Below the pieces are notes generated by a model. It searched no databases and had not been told where the DNA came from. It saw only the letters and a program-made list of their open reading frames with translations. From Raillietiella orientalis (taxonomy: Eukaryota), in contig JAYWIR010000006.1 of the NCBI GenBank assembly GCA_036172245.1, forward strand, positions 5,828,001 to 5,892,000: 64,000 nucleotides of DNA, read 5' to 3'. Each line of letters begins with the position of its first letter. Position 1 is the stretch's first letter. Position numbers and translations under genes: made by a program. Of this stretch, positions 50,745 through 62,499 are shown in pieces.

Positions 50745-51220
50745 TAAACATATGTGCTTATCACATATAGTAACAAGTATGTATTTATGTATGGATAAGT
50801 ATACCATTGTTTTTTAACATACACATCTATTAATATTTATTAACGTAGATATTATGAATATGTATACTAAACATATATTGATTTTTATGATCTTTATAAT
50901 AAATATATTTAAATATATAATGCAGATATATATATGTATATATCTGCATTATATATTTAATATGTGCTCATATATATATAATAAGCATGAGCACATGTAT
51001 TAATTTTTATGATCTTTATAGTATATATAAATCTATACAACATATATATCTGTATTAATATATATGATGAGCATGCGTACTCATTTTATGATCATTCTAG
51101 TATATATTAATCTATAGATCAATGTGTATGTAATAATATACATTTATTTTTATGAACCTTATAATGTATGTTAGTCTATACAAATGTAAATATCTGCTAA
51201 GCGTGTATATTTGTTTTTTA
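50745..51220. repeat. AT-rich island 3 with perfect palindromes and reiterated ttttatgatcttta
   Basis: Left border cgccgaaatcgcgaaag (50717-50733) is identical to the reverse complement of 3084-3100. Palindromes at 50909-50960 and 50962-50996. Confidence 0.75.
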
Positions 51221-52329
51221 TGGACGTTGAGGGTTCTGATGGGCACCAGTAGAGGGTCCTCTGGGGTCTTCTGCACGCTCTCCTCGGAAGACGGAGAGCT
51301 GTCGCAGGCATCTTTGTGGTTCTGCTGACTTCCGTTTCGAAGGAAGGATGGGCGAAGGACCGGATTCACTCCAGAAACTGGGCAAGTATGCAGGTGGCTG
51401 CAACTTCAGGGTGGAAGGTTCGTCAGCATGGCAGGAGGCGAGCGCTTCTGGAGAGCTGCCTCGCAGGCACTCGTGTCCCCGGAGGTATTTTTGACTCCTC
51501 GCGCAGGAGGTCATTAAAAAAGGAAGCTCGGAATGAGCCCATGGTCTCCTTGCGGACGCGAATCGCGGAGATCCGAGCCCGAAAATGCGGTACACTGACC
51601 GCGTCGGTGCGGTGTACCATGTACCGCGTTCCGCAGCTTTTTCCCGTTGCCGAGTGCGGGAAGAGACTCACGCGCGAGTGGGGGGAGGGGGGGGGGAGCT
51701 GCCTCCAAGGCAACGGATGTCCGTGCTCGGGGGAAGCGACGCGACTGAGGAAGCAGAAAGGACCAAGAACCTCCATCTTTCCTCGCCCGAGGGGCCCGTC
51801 TCGGACGGGGAAAGGAAGCTACGAACCGGTCGCCGGCCTACGGAATCCCCTCGCCGTCTCCCGCTCGTCTGAAAAGGAAGGGTCAGTATCCTCCCGTGGA
51901 CCAGGAAGGGGACGCAAGCATCGGGTCGTCGGTTCACCCTCCTCAAGAAGCGTCCGCGTTCCCCACCTAAAAATAGCCAGAAGAGAGGCAGGAAGGGCAG
52001 AGCCCCCTGCAGGCTGGCAGAAGGCGAGAAGCGCCGGTTTCTAAGGAGACCAGGGGTCGTGGGGGCGTGACAGCATCTGCTCACTGTTTACAGAACGGGC
52101 GGTAAACGGGATGCGCTCTGAATCCAGGCGCGTGCGACTCGGGAGGAGCCCCTGCGCCTCCTCCGCGGTGCGAAGATGGCGGACCCATCGAGAAAGCCAC
52201 CTGGGTGGCTCTCCCCCGCGCTCTCCCGACTGCCTCCGCCGAGGCCTGTAGGACCCTCTCCCTCGGAAGGTGGCTCCGGTGCTCCGCAAGGGTGCAGCAG
52301 GGATGGTTTCCATTGCAACCAGGATGGTC

Positions 52330-52858
52330 TGAGCCTCCCTTTTCACGCTCGGTGGGGGAACCCGAAAGTGAATCGTTTCTTCCTTATTTTCTCCTTCGGG
52401 GGTCCTTCGGGGGCAAGACGATCTCCGTTTCTTAGGAAATCCGAAAAGGATCCGCTCCCGGAGTTTCTTTCCCTGGGAGACCCCTCAGAAAGGATCCTCT
52501 CCTGGTTTCCTCCTCTGAAGAGGAATCCCGGAGGGAACAGCGCGCTTCTGGCACTCCGGAGAGGAAGCCGTGGGAAGATTTTGACCAGCTCCATGGTAAT
52601 GGCCCATTTTCGCATCTGGAGGGGAAGGGCTCCTTGATGTCCTGGAAGGAACTTGGATGGTCAACTTCTGCATTCCTGCCGGTCGTCCAGCTTCCACTGG
52701 TGCCGCCCCTCCCGGATAGGCTGACCAGCGTCATCTCTCTGGGGGAGGGGACTCGAGACCCACGACGCGGCTCCCCCTTCTCCGCGTCGACTCTTCCCGT
52801 GCGGGATTCGAACCCACAACGCTCGGTGCCTCCGCGCGCGGAGGCAGACAACGTGGGC
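52330..52858 (-). mobile_element. SINE-like repeat copy
   Basis: Reverse B-box ggattcgaacc at 52804-52814, head at 52849-52858, body cccggataggctgaccagcgtcat and tttcctcctctgaagag. Confidence 0.7.
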
Positions 52859-54249
52859 GTCGTGCCTGGTTCATCTTCTGCGACCTCCCAGGGAAGAGAA
52901 GGCAAGAAGGAGGACCTCCTTTCGCAAAGAAGAGCAGAGGACAGGGCCTGGAGGTGCTTCCTGCACGTCGCTCCCGCCCTTCCCACGCGCACGAGCTTCA
53001 GGACGCGACTTCTCTCTGGAACGCTAGCGCATCGGTTGGGGCAGATGGGTCCACCGGCGCGTGGATGATGAACAGCGAAGGCCGCCGCGCATGCGGAGCG
53101 TAGCCTGAGAGGAAGGAACTGTTTCTTCCCGGATTCCTGTGCTTCGAGGAGTCCCTCGGTAACACGAGAGAAGCAGGGGAACCGCCCGTGCCCGACACCA
53201 GTTACCGTCCGGGTGCTCCCGTGGGCGGTTGCCTTGCCTGGAGGAAGGGTTGGTCGGTCCATCCGGAGGTATCCCGGCGCGCCGGAGCTACTTCGCTGCT
53301 GCTCAGCCGAGGGTCTTCTGTGTGCCGGTGGGCGCGGCAGTCTCAAGGCAGGAAAATTCCCGAAAAAAAAAGGCAAGATAAAATGAAGGGAGCGTCCCGG
53401 CCGTCAGGAAGATGCCAGAACTCCTCATCTTTCCGTGCTCCTTCCTCACCGGGTCACACCGGGCGTTTCTCCTTTTAAAAATAAACATGCAAAGAACCGG
53501 GAGAGGAGTTGCCAAGGGTAACGAGCAAAAGACCGCTGGGTGTTTCGCCGACACACGGGGCGGACGAGCATAGTCCGGAACGAAAGGAGGGAAGCAGCAG
53601 ATGAGGAAAAAAAAAAAAAAAACAGAATGCTGAGGGAGGGAACCAGGGATCTCCGTAAGCAGCAACCGTTCCTTCTTCGCAGCTTAGCATGACGCAAGAG
53701 ACATCCTGGAGGCTCCCTGAGGCATGCGGGGTCACCTCGCTGCCGTCTCTCCAGGAAGGCGGCTGCTAGGCAAGTGACTCCCCCGTCGCTGAGAGCCCAG
53801 CTCCAGGGGCGACGCGGACGCCAAGATGGCGACCACAAATCCCGGCGTTGCCTATGTCACGCCACACGAAAGCCTGTCGCGTGCGAATAGGCGTCGTGGC
53901 CGCTCCTTCGCGGTGTCCTCCGGAACGAGCGCCAGAAGGCAATGGAGAACGCGGGACAACCTGATCGTCACGCATCTGGCTGTGGTTCGGTTCACCCAGA
54001 AACGAGGCGCCGTCGCTGGTTGACGCGTTCGTTCTTCAGGATGGTCACACGGGCGCACGTCCACGCGTCTACAAGGCGAATGACCTCTCCGGTCGGTCGG
54101 CTGGCGGAGATGTTGACCACCCCTCGTCTGCATCCTCGTTCGGGGAATGACTGAGGTCTTCTAGGGCTGCAGGCAGGTTGCAACCGGATGGTTGGGTCCG
54201 GTTTCCCTCATTGGTTTTAAAGTAGCCTCCGCCCAGTCAGTGTGGAATG

Positions 54250-54600
54250 GAATCCCTGTACGCTCAAGGGCACGAAGCAGAGCCAGGAAGGGAATAAGCC
54301 GGGGAAACCCCGCTCGAGAATTCCCACATTTCGTCTAGGAATCCTAGAACTGACGGCTTTCTCCTGCGGGGTGCGTGCTATCAGTCCCGCGGTTCCGTCC
54401 TTCGAGTGGGATCTCCGGAGATGCAGCAGGCTCAGCAGAGACTTCGGACATCCCACGCGCCATCTTTTACGACGACTGCTGGACGGGAACCACGGGAGTT
54501 CAGGCTGCCCGGTCCAGAGGCGACGCGAGGGCTCAACCACCCTCTCTTCAAGCACCCTATTTCGCCCCCTCCCCTTCCATTTTCCCCTGCAGCCCCTTTT
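54250..54600 (-). mobile_element. Possible LINE ORF2 post-RT fragment
   Basis: RRLWTGQP...RVGCPKSL resembles FxWxG...GGxGxPxL. Confidence 0.3.
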
Positions 54601-54742
54601 GCGTCCCGCTTTCCTTGCGTTGCGTCCTCTTCGCTGTTCCAGCAGCAGAGTTCCTGCGGAGGCGAAACTCCAGGCTGCGTGAAGTCCAGGAATGTCCGTT
54701 CGGAAAGAAATCCCTTTGGTTCATCCACGCCCGATCGCGTGC

Positions 54743-55240
54743 CTCTGGTAAGTGTCAAAGAACGCCTCTGCGAGGATGTCACCGAGCCCGCTCTGGAGGC
54801 CGCGGGCGTCGCCGGTTCTAAACCCGCCAGGGTGAAAGTGTGGATACCGGGAACGGGAGGTACGCCGTGGATTTCGAGTCAGCTCTCAAGACGAACGCTG
54901 GTTGGCGCATAATCGGGTGCGTCTTCACGGATGAAAAGCGGGAGACCCATGGATGCACCCGTTGACCGGCTAGGATTGGAAGTTGACCGTACGGAATCCT
55001 TCTAGGAATCAAGGAGTCGCTCCTTTCCTGTTGGGAAGGCGTAGCCGTGCTCCCCCTCCATGGAAGGACCCTCCATCACTCTTTGTGGAGGTTGTCGATC
55101 GACACCTCTCCGTAGTGCCAAGAGAGGCGCGCTGCGCCCTTCGGGACCCTTCAGAGAAATCGGGAAGCGTCACTTCAGGATTCTCTTCAGAGGAGGAAAC
55201 GAGGATAGTATGCATTCCGTGTTCTTTCCGGGGCCCTTCC
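54743..55240 (+). mobile_element. SINE-like repeat copy
   Basis: Head matches 45895-46037. Body gattggaagttgacc, cccttcagagaaatcggga and ttctcttcagaggaggaaac matches 8101-8358. Confidence 0.72.
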
Positions 55241-56349
55241 GGGAGTGGAAACCAAGCGACCGTCCTCATCGGGGTGCAAGGTCTCGGTTCTGATGCACCC
55301 TATCCCAGCGGAGGGAGGAGACTTCTGTAGCCAGCTGGGAGCATGGAATGGTCTGGAATCTGGTCATCCGAAGGAGGAGAAGGAGAAGAAAGAGAGGAGG
55401 AAAGGAAGAAGGGAGGAGGAAGGGAGAGGGGGAGCTGATCACTCCTCTTGGCAGCAAGAGATCCACTCTGCCACTTCGGTCCTAGCTGCGGAAGAGCGCG
55501 GGGATCCACCGACGTGCCGCGCCACTGCGCTGTGCGGGTGGCAGGTGGGTGAGATGGTGACGCTTTCCAGGAGACCTCATGAGTAGTCCTGGAGGCATCA
55601 CACAGAACGAAGTGTGAGGGACGAGGAAGGAGGGAGGACGAGATGGCAGGTGTGTCACATCTGCTGACCAAGCGCTTCTGGCGCTTCCGAGGTACTTTCA
55701 CCGTGGATCTGCAGCTTTCCTTGTGGGAGGCGTGCGCGGATGCGGAATAGAGCAGCTCTCCGCGAGTCCACTTGCTGCGATCTCCCTCCCTCCCTTGATT
55801 TTTCCTCAGGAGACTCGCTCGGAGGGCTGCGGATGGCGTTCGGCGGTTGCGCCCTTCCCTCGAGGGCTCAACGGGTCGACGGGTTGGATGTCTTCTTCCT
55901 TCCGGTTGTGCTTTGAGTGTCTCCGCTGCCCTTTCGTGCGTTCTCGGTCTTCGTCCCACAGCTGACGGCGCCCTGGGGGTGGATTCTTTGACTTTGCCGG
56001 GCTGTCCGACCGGCAGCGAGCGAAGATCTCAGAGTCTCGGGACGCCATGCTGCGAATCTTTGATCCGCGCTAAGGTATGGATCCTTTGGAAGGTCCGCAG
56101 ATGAAGGCTGCTTTTGGAAACCCGGGAACGCAGTTTCCCCGGAAACGAGGTGCGAGCGCTCTTCTCGTTTTTTCTTCCTGTGTGCTCCCTGCAGCCCCTC
56201 CGTGGTCGATGGCGTGAGATTCCGGTGCAGCCACCGGTACCGTCAGCATGAGGGCGCTTCGTACTGGCCGCTGCGTCCCCCGTCGCGCCGTTTCCACGCG
56301 AACTCTGCTTTTGTTGGTCTCCCTCTCCCTCCTCTGCTTCGCGACAAAG

Positions 56350-56900
56350 ACCATGGAGAGCAGGGAACTGTCCCGGGTGGCCCGTTTGCTCTCGCGAGTC
56401 AGGGCGCATGGACAACCCGCTGCCCTTTGTTCCGCGACTAATCGTGGCAGGAAATCCAGCGACGATGGGAGCCTTCTGCCTCCTGCTCAGTGCTGCTTGC
56501 AGGGCAGAAGAAGGAAGAGAAAGGTGCGGGAGCAGGGCGCAGGGTTGGAGGTCTGGACGTCGCGCCCGCGACTCTCCAGTCGTCGGGAAGCTGGAAGCTT
56601 ACTGGAGACGCAGGGCAGGGGTCTCCCTGGTGTCGGGGGTTTGTCTCGTCAGGGGTTTACTAGTGGGCTCGCCTTGTTCTCCCAGCGTCGTCTCCACAGG
56701 AGCACTCACAGGGTCCAGAGGAGGGTCTTCTCCTTGCCCTGCGCCGGCCACTTTTGCACGCCCGCGCGAGAAGACGAGGCAGAGCGACGGAGACCTCTCA
56801 GATGCTCCCGAGACCGTGAAGAGACCCAGTACCCCTAGGGAATGGGTTTTAGAGCCATCCAGGTGGCGACGGACGCTCTGGTTCAAGACTCGCGCGTTCT
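56350..56900 (-). mobile_element. Possible LINE ORF1 fragment
   Basis: PIVAGFPATI...EQTGH resembles PVAGSPGFLT plus knuckle in the 32200-32790 fragment. Confidence 0.3.
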
Positions 56901-58059
56901 CACGGCGACCTCCCTTTCTCCGTGGACCCCTTCGTTCGATCGTCCTCTCTAGCCGTTGGCTGGTCAGCCTGGTCGCCTCTGGCCTTCTTCCAAAGCCTCA
57001 AGGGGCGCGAGCTGTCCCTTCGAAGGGAAAGTGCGCGTCCCAGGTCCTGTCGACGCTCCGGAGAGAGAAGGAGCCTTCCTCGATCGCGAGGAAGTGTGGC
57101 ATCCCGACCCTGCTCTTCTCCCTTTCTCCTGCGAGGGGTCGCTGGCCTGGTGTCCTGCGCGTCCGAGGACGGTGGCATTGGCGATCCCCTCAACTCCGTC
57201 GCCTGATGAGGGGGGTTGTCGCGTGCCTCATCGGGAAGTCGCGGCGGGGGACGGGAGGAGACTCCCAGAGGACACTCCCGGCTCCAGGGGAGAAGTTCAG
57301 CGGTGGCGCGCCAAGGACGACGTGGCAGGAAGACGGAGAAAGAAGGAAGGGCAGAAGAGCAAGAGGCCGCCGTCCGTCCGGGCTTCAGAAGAAGGGACGA
57401 GGTGAAACGGGTGAGTGGGAAGATGAGAACACGCGCGTTGGGGCGTGGGGACTCCCCGAGGTCGCGCGGCTGTCTCAGGCATCCTCCTCCGCCAGGAGAC
57501 CGGAAGGGCTGGATCCCTCCGGGCACTGACACTCCTCTGGTGCCAGAAGGTGGGGTGGTTGGCGTCTAGATGGGGAAGACGAGGCAGGGGGAGGAGCAAA
57601 CTGGGAAGGCGGGTCTCCCTCGGCCCCGGATTGAAATAGGACTGGCAGGTGCGCGCCTCCCGAAAATAGAAACTCCCAGAAGTCCCGGTGCCTGCGACGA
57701 GAGGCGTCTCCGGGACGAAGGACCCGCGGATGCGCTCGGAGGTCTGAGGAGGGGCATCGGCGAAAAGGCGCAGGGCAGGGTGTGGGAGCAGCCCCCGGTG
57801 CTGCCCTCGCTTGAAGAGGGGTGTTGGATGGGGAAGAAGGAGTGAGGCAGCAGCCCGGGAAGAAGGATCGCCGGGCGCTCCACCAGGGATTGGGGGAGGG
57901 AGCAACCCTCACGACGCCAGCGTGGGGCTTCCTGATGACGCAGCATCCCGACCTGCGGAGGCCGGGAAGTACGGAGGGGAAGGAAACACCGGGAGGGTGC
58001 GCAGGAAAGAGTCTTCCAATGGGCCGGGGGAAAAGGGGTGAGGATGGGAGATCGACGAG

Positions 58060-58500
58060 TCGCGTGCAGGCGCTCAACCCGCTGGCAATGAAGGTCGCGA
58101 ACGTGAGGGGAGTCGCGACGCCAAAGAGGAGAGGGTAGCAGCCCTGCTGACCTTCGGCTCCCAGCGTGACCGGACGAGCGCGTTCCCGCAGGGCGGCAGC
58201 AGCCAGGAGGTCCCGGAACAGGAATGGGCAGCCCGCGGGAGGTGTGCAGGGGGAGAAGGAGGTCTCCCGGCAGGGAGGTCAGATCGGAGGGCAAGCGAGT
58301 CAGCGGCAACCATGGATCTCGGGCAGCAGGGGCATCTGCGCAGGCGAAGGCAAAGTGCTCCGGGAACGGGAGCAGGTCGTCAAGGAGACGCGCGGGAGAT
58401 GGAGATGAGATGACGGCTGCTCCCACGATCTGGCCCGCCGGGCACTGCTCCAGGAAAGCACTTCGGGAAAACCCGAAAAAGAGTCGCGCCGCCGCTTTCC
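58060..58500 (+). mobile_element. Decayed LINE endonuclease (APE) N-terminus
   Basis: MKVANVRGVATPKRR resembles the APE start (NVRGL..xKR); later AFPQ (cf. FLQE) and IWPAGH (cf. IxGDFN) relics. Confidence 0.45.
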
Positions 58501-61500
58501 GAAGAGGGCAGCTCTCCTCTCATCGAGCATTGAAGGGCTCTCCCTCCTTGCCTTCCCGCAAGGGCGGACTGGAGCCCAGCGGGTCGTGATGGCAGCACGG
58601 TTCGAAGGCCTGGTGATATGACCAGCGAAGCTCCCGGGACTGGAGTCTGCGGAGGAGCGGGCATTGAACACACGGGGCACTAGGGGCCGAAAAGGTCAGG
58701 GTCCTCGCCTCAGTCCCTCGTTTGTGGCAGGTGCGTGGGTTTCACGCGCATCCCCACGCGTATGTAAGGAAAGCCGTCTTCCTCCACTTCCTCTTCCCTC
58801 CCTCCCACCTCCCTCCTCCTTTCCTCCTCCTCTCTTCCTCCCTTCCAATTCCTCTTCTTCCCTTCCTCTTCCTTCCTTTCGTTCTCTTACTGGTCTTCCT
58901 CTCCTCCTCCTCCTTCTCAAGTGAAAGGAACGGGAAGGAAAGAAGAAAGGAAAGACCCGATTATCCGGAAGAAGGGAACGTGGTTCGTGGAAGGTGGTGA
59001 CCTGAGTGCGGAGGTGGTGACTTCGCAGGAAACCACTGTCGTCCAGGATCCTTCTGAGCCGGGGCGCCACGAAACTTTGCTTTCCGGCTTCTCCCTCTCC
59101 GTGACCACGGGGTCCCATTGCGCGAGCTCACTCTCATGGCCTTTGACTAGGGAAAGCCTCTTCGTGAGGGAACCCCAAGGGGGTCTCAAAGCATCAGCAG
59201 CAGTTCCGGGTTGATGGTCCTGTGACTACGGGACCTCCGACGAGTTCTCTCGTCCTGCCGTGGGCACCGCCGCAACTAATGGCAGAGACTCCGGAAAGAG
59301 CGCGCGGAAACGGGAGGCGCATCTTTCGACGTGGCCGTCAGGGAACCGGGCTTCCAGACACGTTAGCGCGTGCGGCGTACCTCTCGAGGTTCTCAAGCGA
59401 CACGCCCCGGGGATGGCTAGCACACCTCGGTCACCGAGGTAGAGTGAGGCGTGTCTCGATGTGCCTGCGGGAAGCAAGCGAGTGCAGCAGGACACGTCGG
59501 GAGCTGAACCTTCGGGTCAGGTCAAAAGAGGAAGGATGAGCGAATGAGAGGGAGGGGAAGGGTGGGTGGACGAAGTTAGGAAAGCTGGGCAGGACGAGTG
59601 AGGAACGGTCTGGAAAAGAAGAACACAAGAGATGGCTGGACGATGGGTGGATGGGACAGGTGGTGGTTAGAAAGTGCCAGGTGGTGGGGAGTGCGAATAT
59701 CTCATCACTCCAGGGGAATCCCGCTGACGGGAGAGGTTCCGGCAAGCGATGCAGAAGCGTGGGAGGATGTCCCTCGGGTCGGCTCGGGAGGAGAAGCTCA
59801 CGCGTGGAAGACGCCGGATGTGACGGCGTCATCCTCGGACGCCGGCGGTTCCCGCTAAGCACAGCTCCCAAAGGTTTCCTCTAGAAGATCCGATGCTTTT
59901 CGCCGTCTTAATGGGTTGATCCGCGCTCCCCTCCTCCCCCAATCCAGCAGAAGTTGCAATGCTGCTCAGTGGAGTGTCCTCTCGCTATGCCTGCAGGCAT
60001 CTTTGCTCCAGAGTCTGGGCCGAAACAGCCGCAGATGCGTGGAGACGGAGAGAGAGCCGTCCCGCGAGCATCTGCGGCTGACCTTCCGGGACAGGTGCTC
60101 AAAAGGAGGAGGAAGGGAAAAGGGAAGGAAGAGGAAGAGGAGGAAGGGAAAAGGGAAGGAAGAGGAAGAGAAGGAAGAGGAGGACGAGGGAGGATCATTT
60201 AGATGCTGTCTCCCAGATCCCCGGGAACAATCCCAGGGATGTCATTGAGGGCTCCTTCGCGGGGGTGGGCCGCCCTCCAGCGGCGTCGCCTGCAGCCGTT
60301 CGCTGTCCCCTTCGCGGGATCGCAGAGCCCAGGAGAGACGCCGAAGGAGTCAGGGACGACGGGGACTTCGTCCACTTGGACGTTTTGCCCCTGCTCATCG
60401 TCACGAGACGGCCCCACCGGGGAAGCATCCAGGTGGGACTTGACGGTGCCCCGGGAAGGATGCAGAGGGCACCTCGCGACGGTCTGCTATCCCTTCCGTA
60501 ACTCCTCCAGCAAAGGCTTCTTATTTATTTATTTATCTATTTCGTTCCCTCTCCCCCCCACCCTTCTCACCCGTAGATGCTGCCGCTGCGGATCTTCGAT
60601 CCGCCCTGGCGTCCGGAGTTCGGCTTGCGCGGAGCCGACCCGGGGCCTGGCGCTACTTGCCCTGCTCCCGCGCAACTTCACGTTCGCGCGAGCGACCGGC
60701 GAGCTAAGGAGAGGCGGTGGGCGGAGGTGCGAGCAGGGAGCGAATGGGAGGGTCGCTTGCCAAGGGCAACCGATCCGTCACAGGGAAATACTGATCAGTC
60801 AGGAAGCGAGGCAGCTGCCGTCGAAGGAAAAAAAAAAAAAGAAAAATCCATGAGGTTTACGGGAACGGCGCTACCGAATGTCGCGCTGCCCAGAGTGAAC
60901 CAGCGAGATGAGTCCCTCCCAACCACCGTCCACGAATTGCATCGCCCACCTGCAACCTTTGAAGGAAGAAGGGAGAAGGGCGGCTGGATTCCGCCAGTCT
61001 CGAAGCGTCCTGCCTTGCCTCTGCACGAGCGCGCCTACTCCTCCCCTCCTCCCCGCGAGCTGACGGCATCACCGGCTCGCGATGCTGTCGGAGTCCGGAG
61101 GCTTCGCAGACGCGTCTGCCTCGGGGGGGAGGGTCAGGAGCGAGGAGCAGAGGCCCACCCTCCCCGCTGCCGCATCCTCCCGAGACGGCTTGAAATAAGA
61201 GATGTCAATCTGACCCCCTCCTCCTCACCGTCCACCGTCCCAACGTAGACCCGGCGACGGAGTCCCCTTGAATGAGGCCGAGGGAGGACCCAGGTGTGGG
61301 TGATCAAGTGAGTGCGGATTGGTCCCGGGTCACCTACGGTGAAGCGCCCGAATCTCGGGAGCCGTCTGCCCCAGGGATGCTGCTGACGACCCAGTGGCGC
61401 CCCCTTTTTCCAGCTCATTTTTTCCGAGCTCATGGGGGAAGGAGGGATTGGGGTCGCCTCTGCGAGGCGCTTGCGGACCGGAACTTCCTGAACGAGCGGA

Positions 61501-62499
61501 GCAACGCGCCTTGGGATGACCTTGGGTCCCCGGATGACCTTTGGGTCGATGCCGACAAGGAACTAGTCTCGGGAAGCCGCTTCTCGCTCGGAGAAGCAGG
61601 GGACTTCCGGTCGCTTCCCGAGGCGAAACCTTTTCCGGGAACGTCCCCCCCCCCTTCTTTTTTTCTTTCGCCCGAAGAGACGCTGCTAACTGTGGGATCG
61701 CGCCCGACCCACGCGCCATCGTCTGTCCGCAGATACTCCTTATCTCGGAGGCTGGCCGATGCCCGGCACCTCTGCAGGAGGCGGCGGCGCTCCCTCTCTC
61801 CCTCGCGCGCGCAAGCGCCGGTCGGGGAGCGGCGGGAGCGTCTCCCAGTCGGGATCGGCGACCGGTCGCGGCGGGAGTGCCGGGAAACTGCGGTGATCTC
61901 CCGGCAGGGAAAAAGCGCGTGCGAGGGCGTCCTGTGCGCGCGAGAGAGGACAACCCGCGCGCCACCTACTCTTCGTTCTCCTCCTCCCCCTTCCCGTGCT
62001 CCCGGCCGCTCCGGCAGCCGCGGAAAGGTCCGGAAACTCCCGGGAAAAGCGGCTCAGCGGGCGGGGTCGCCCCCGCCCCTGCTGTCGGGCCCTCCAGGCC
62101 CCTCCGGTAGCCTCCTCCCCCTTTCCCTTCAGAACTCCGGAGGTGAGCGCACGCCGCCGCAGCCGGCGCGGGATGCTGCTCGTCTGGACCAACGTGTGCG
62201 CCGTCCTCCTGGCGCTGTCGTCCTTCGCCTCCGGAAGCAACCTCGGTGAGTCCTCCGAACTCCGGGAGGGAGGGCGGTACATTGCTGGAGGGGCAGCGGT
62301 AGCCAGTTTTTTTGCTTTTTTTTTTTAACCCACAGGAGAGTCCGGAATGACTTCCGAGGTCATCCCGTCCTTCCGCTTCCGGGAGAGGGGAGAATGGGCT
62401 CGCCTGAAGGGAGACGATAGGGGAAAGAGAAGCGCGCGCGCCACCTCCGAGTCGGGACTGCCTCTTTCCAGCCTCCTGGCAACCCCTGCGGGAAGCGAA

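Noticed and set aside
57925..57970. Hammerhead-like CTGATGA followed by a cgcag/ctgcg stem
   Set aside because: GAGG replaces GAAA, and there is no stem III or NUH cleavage site.
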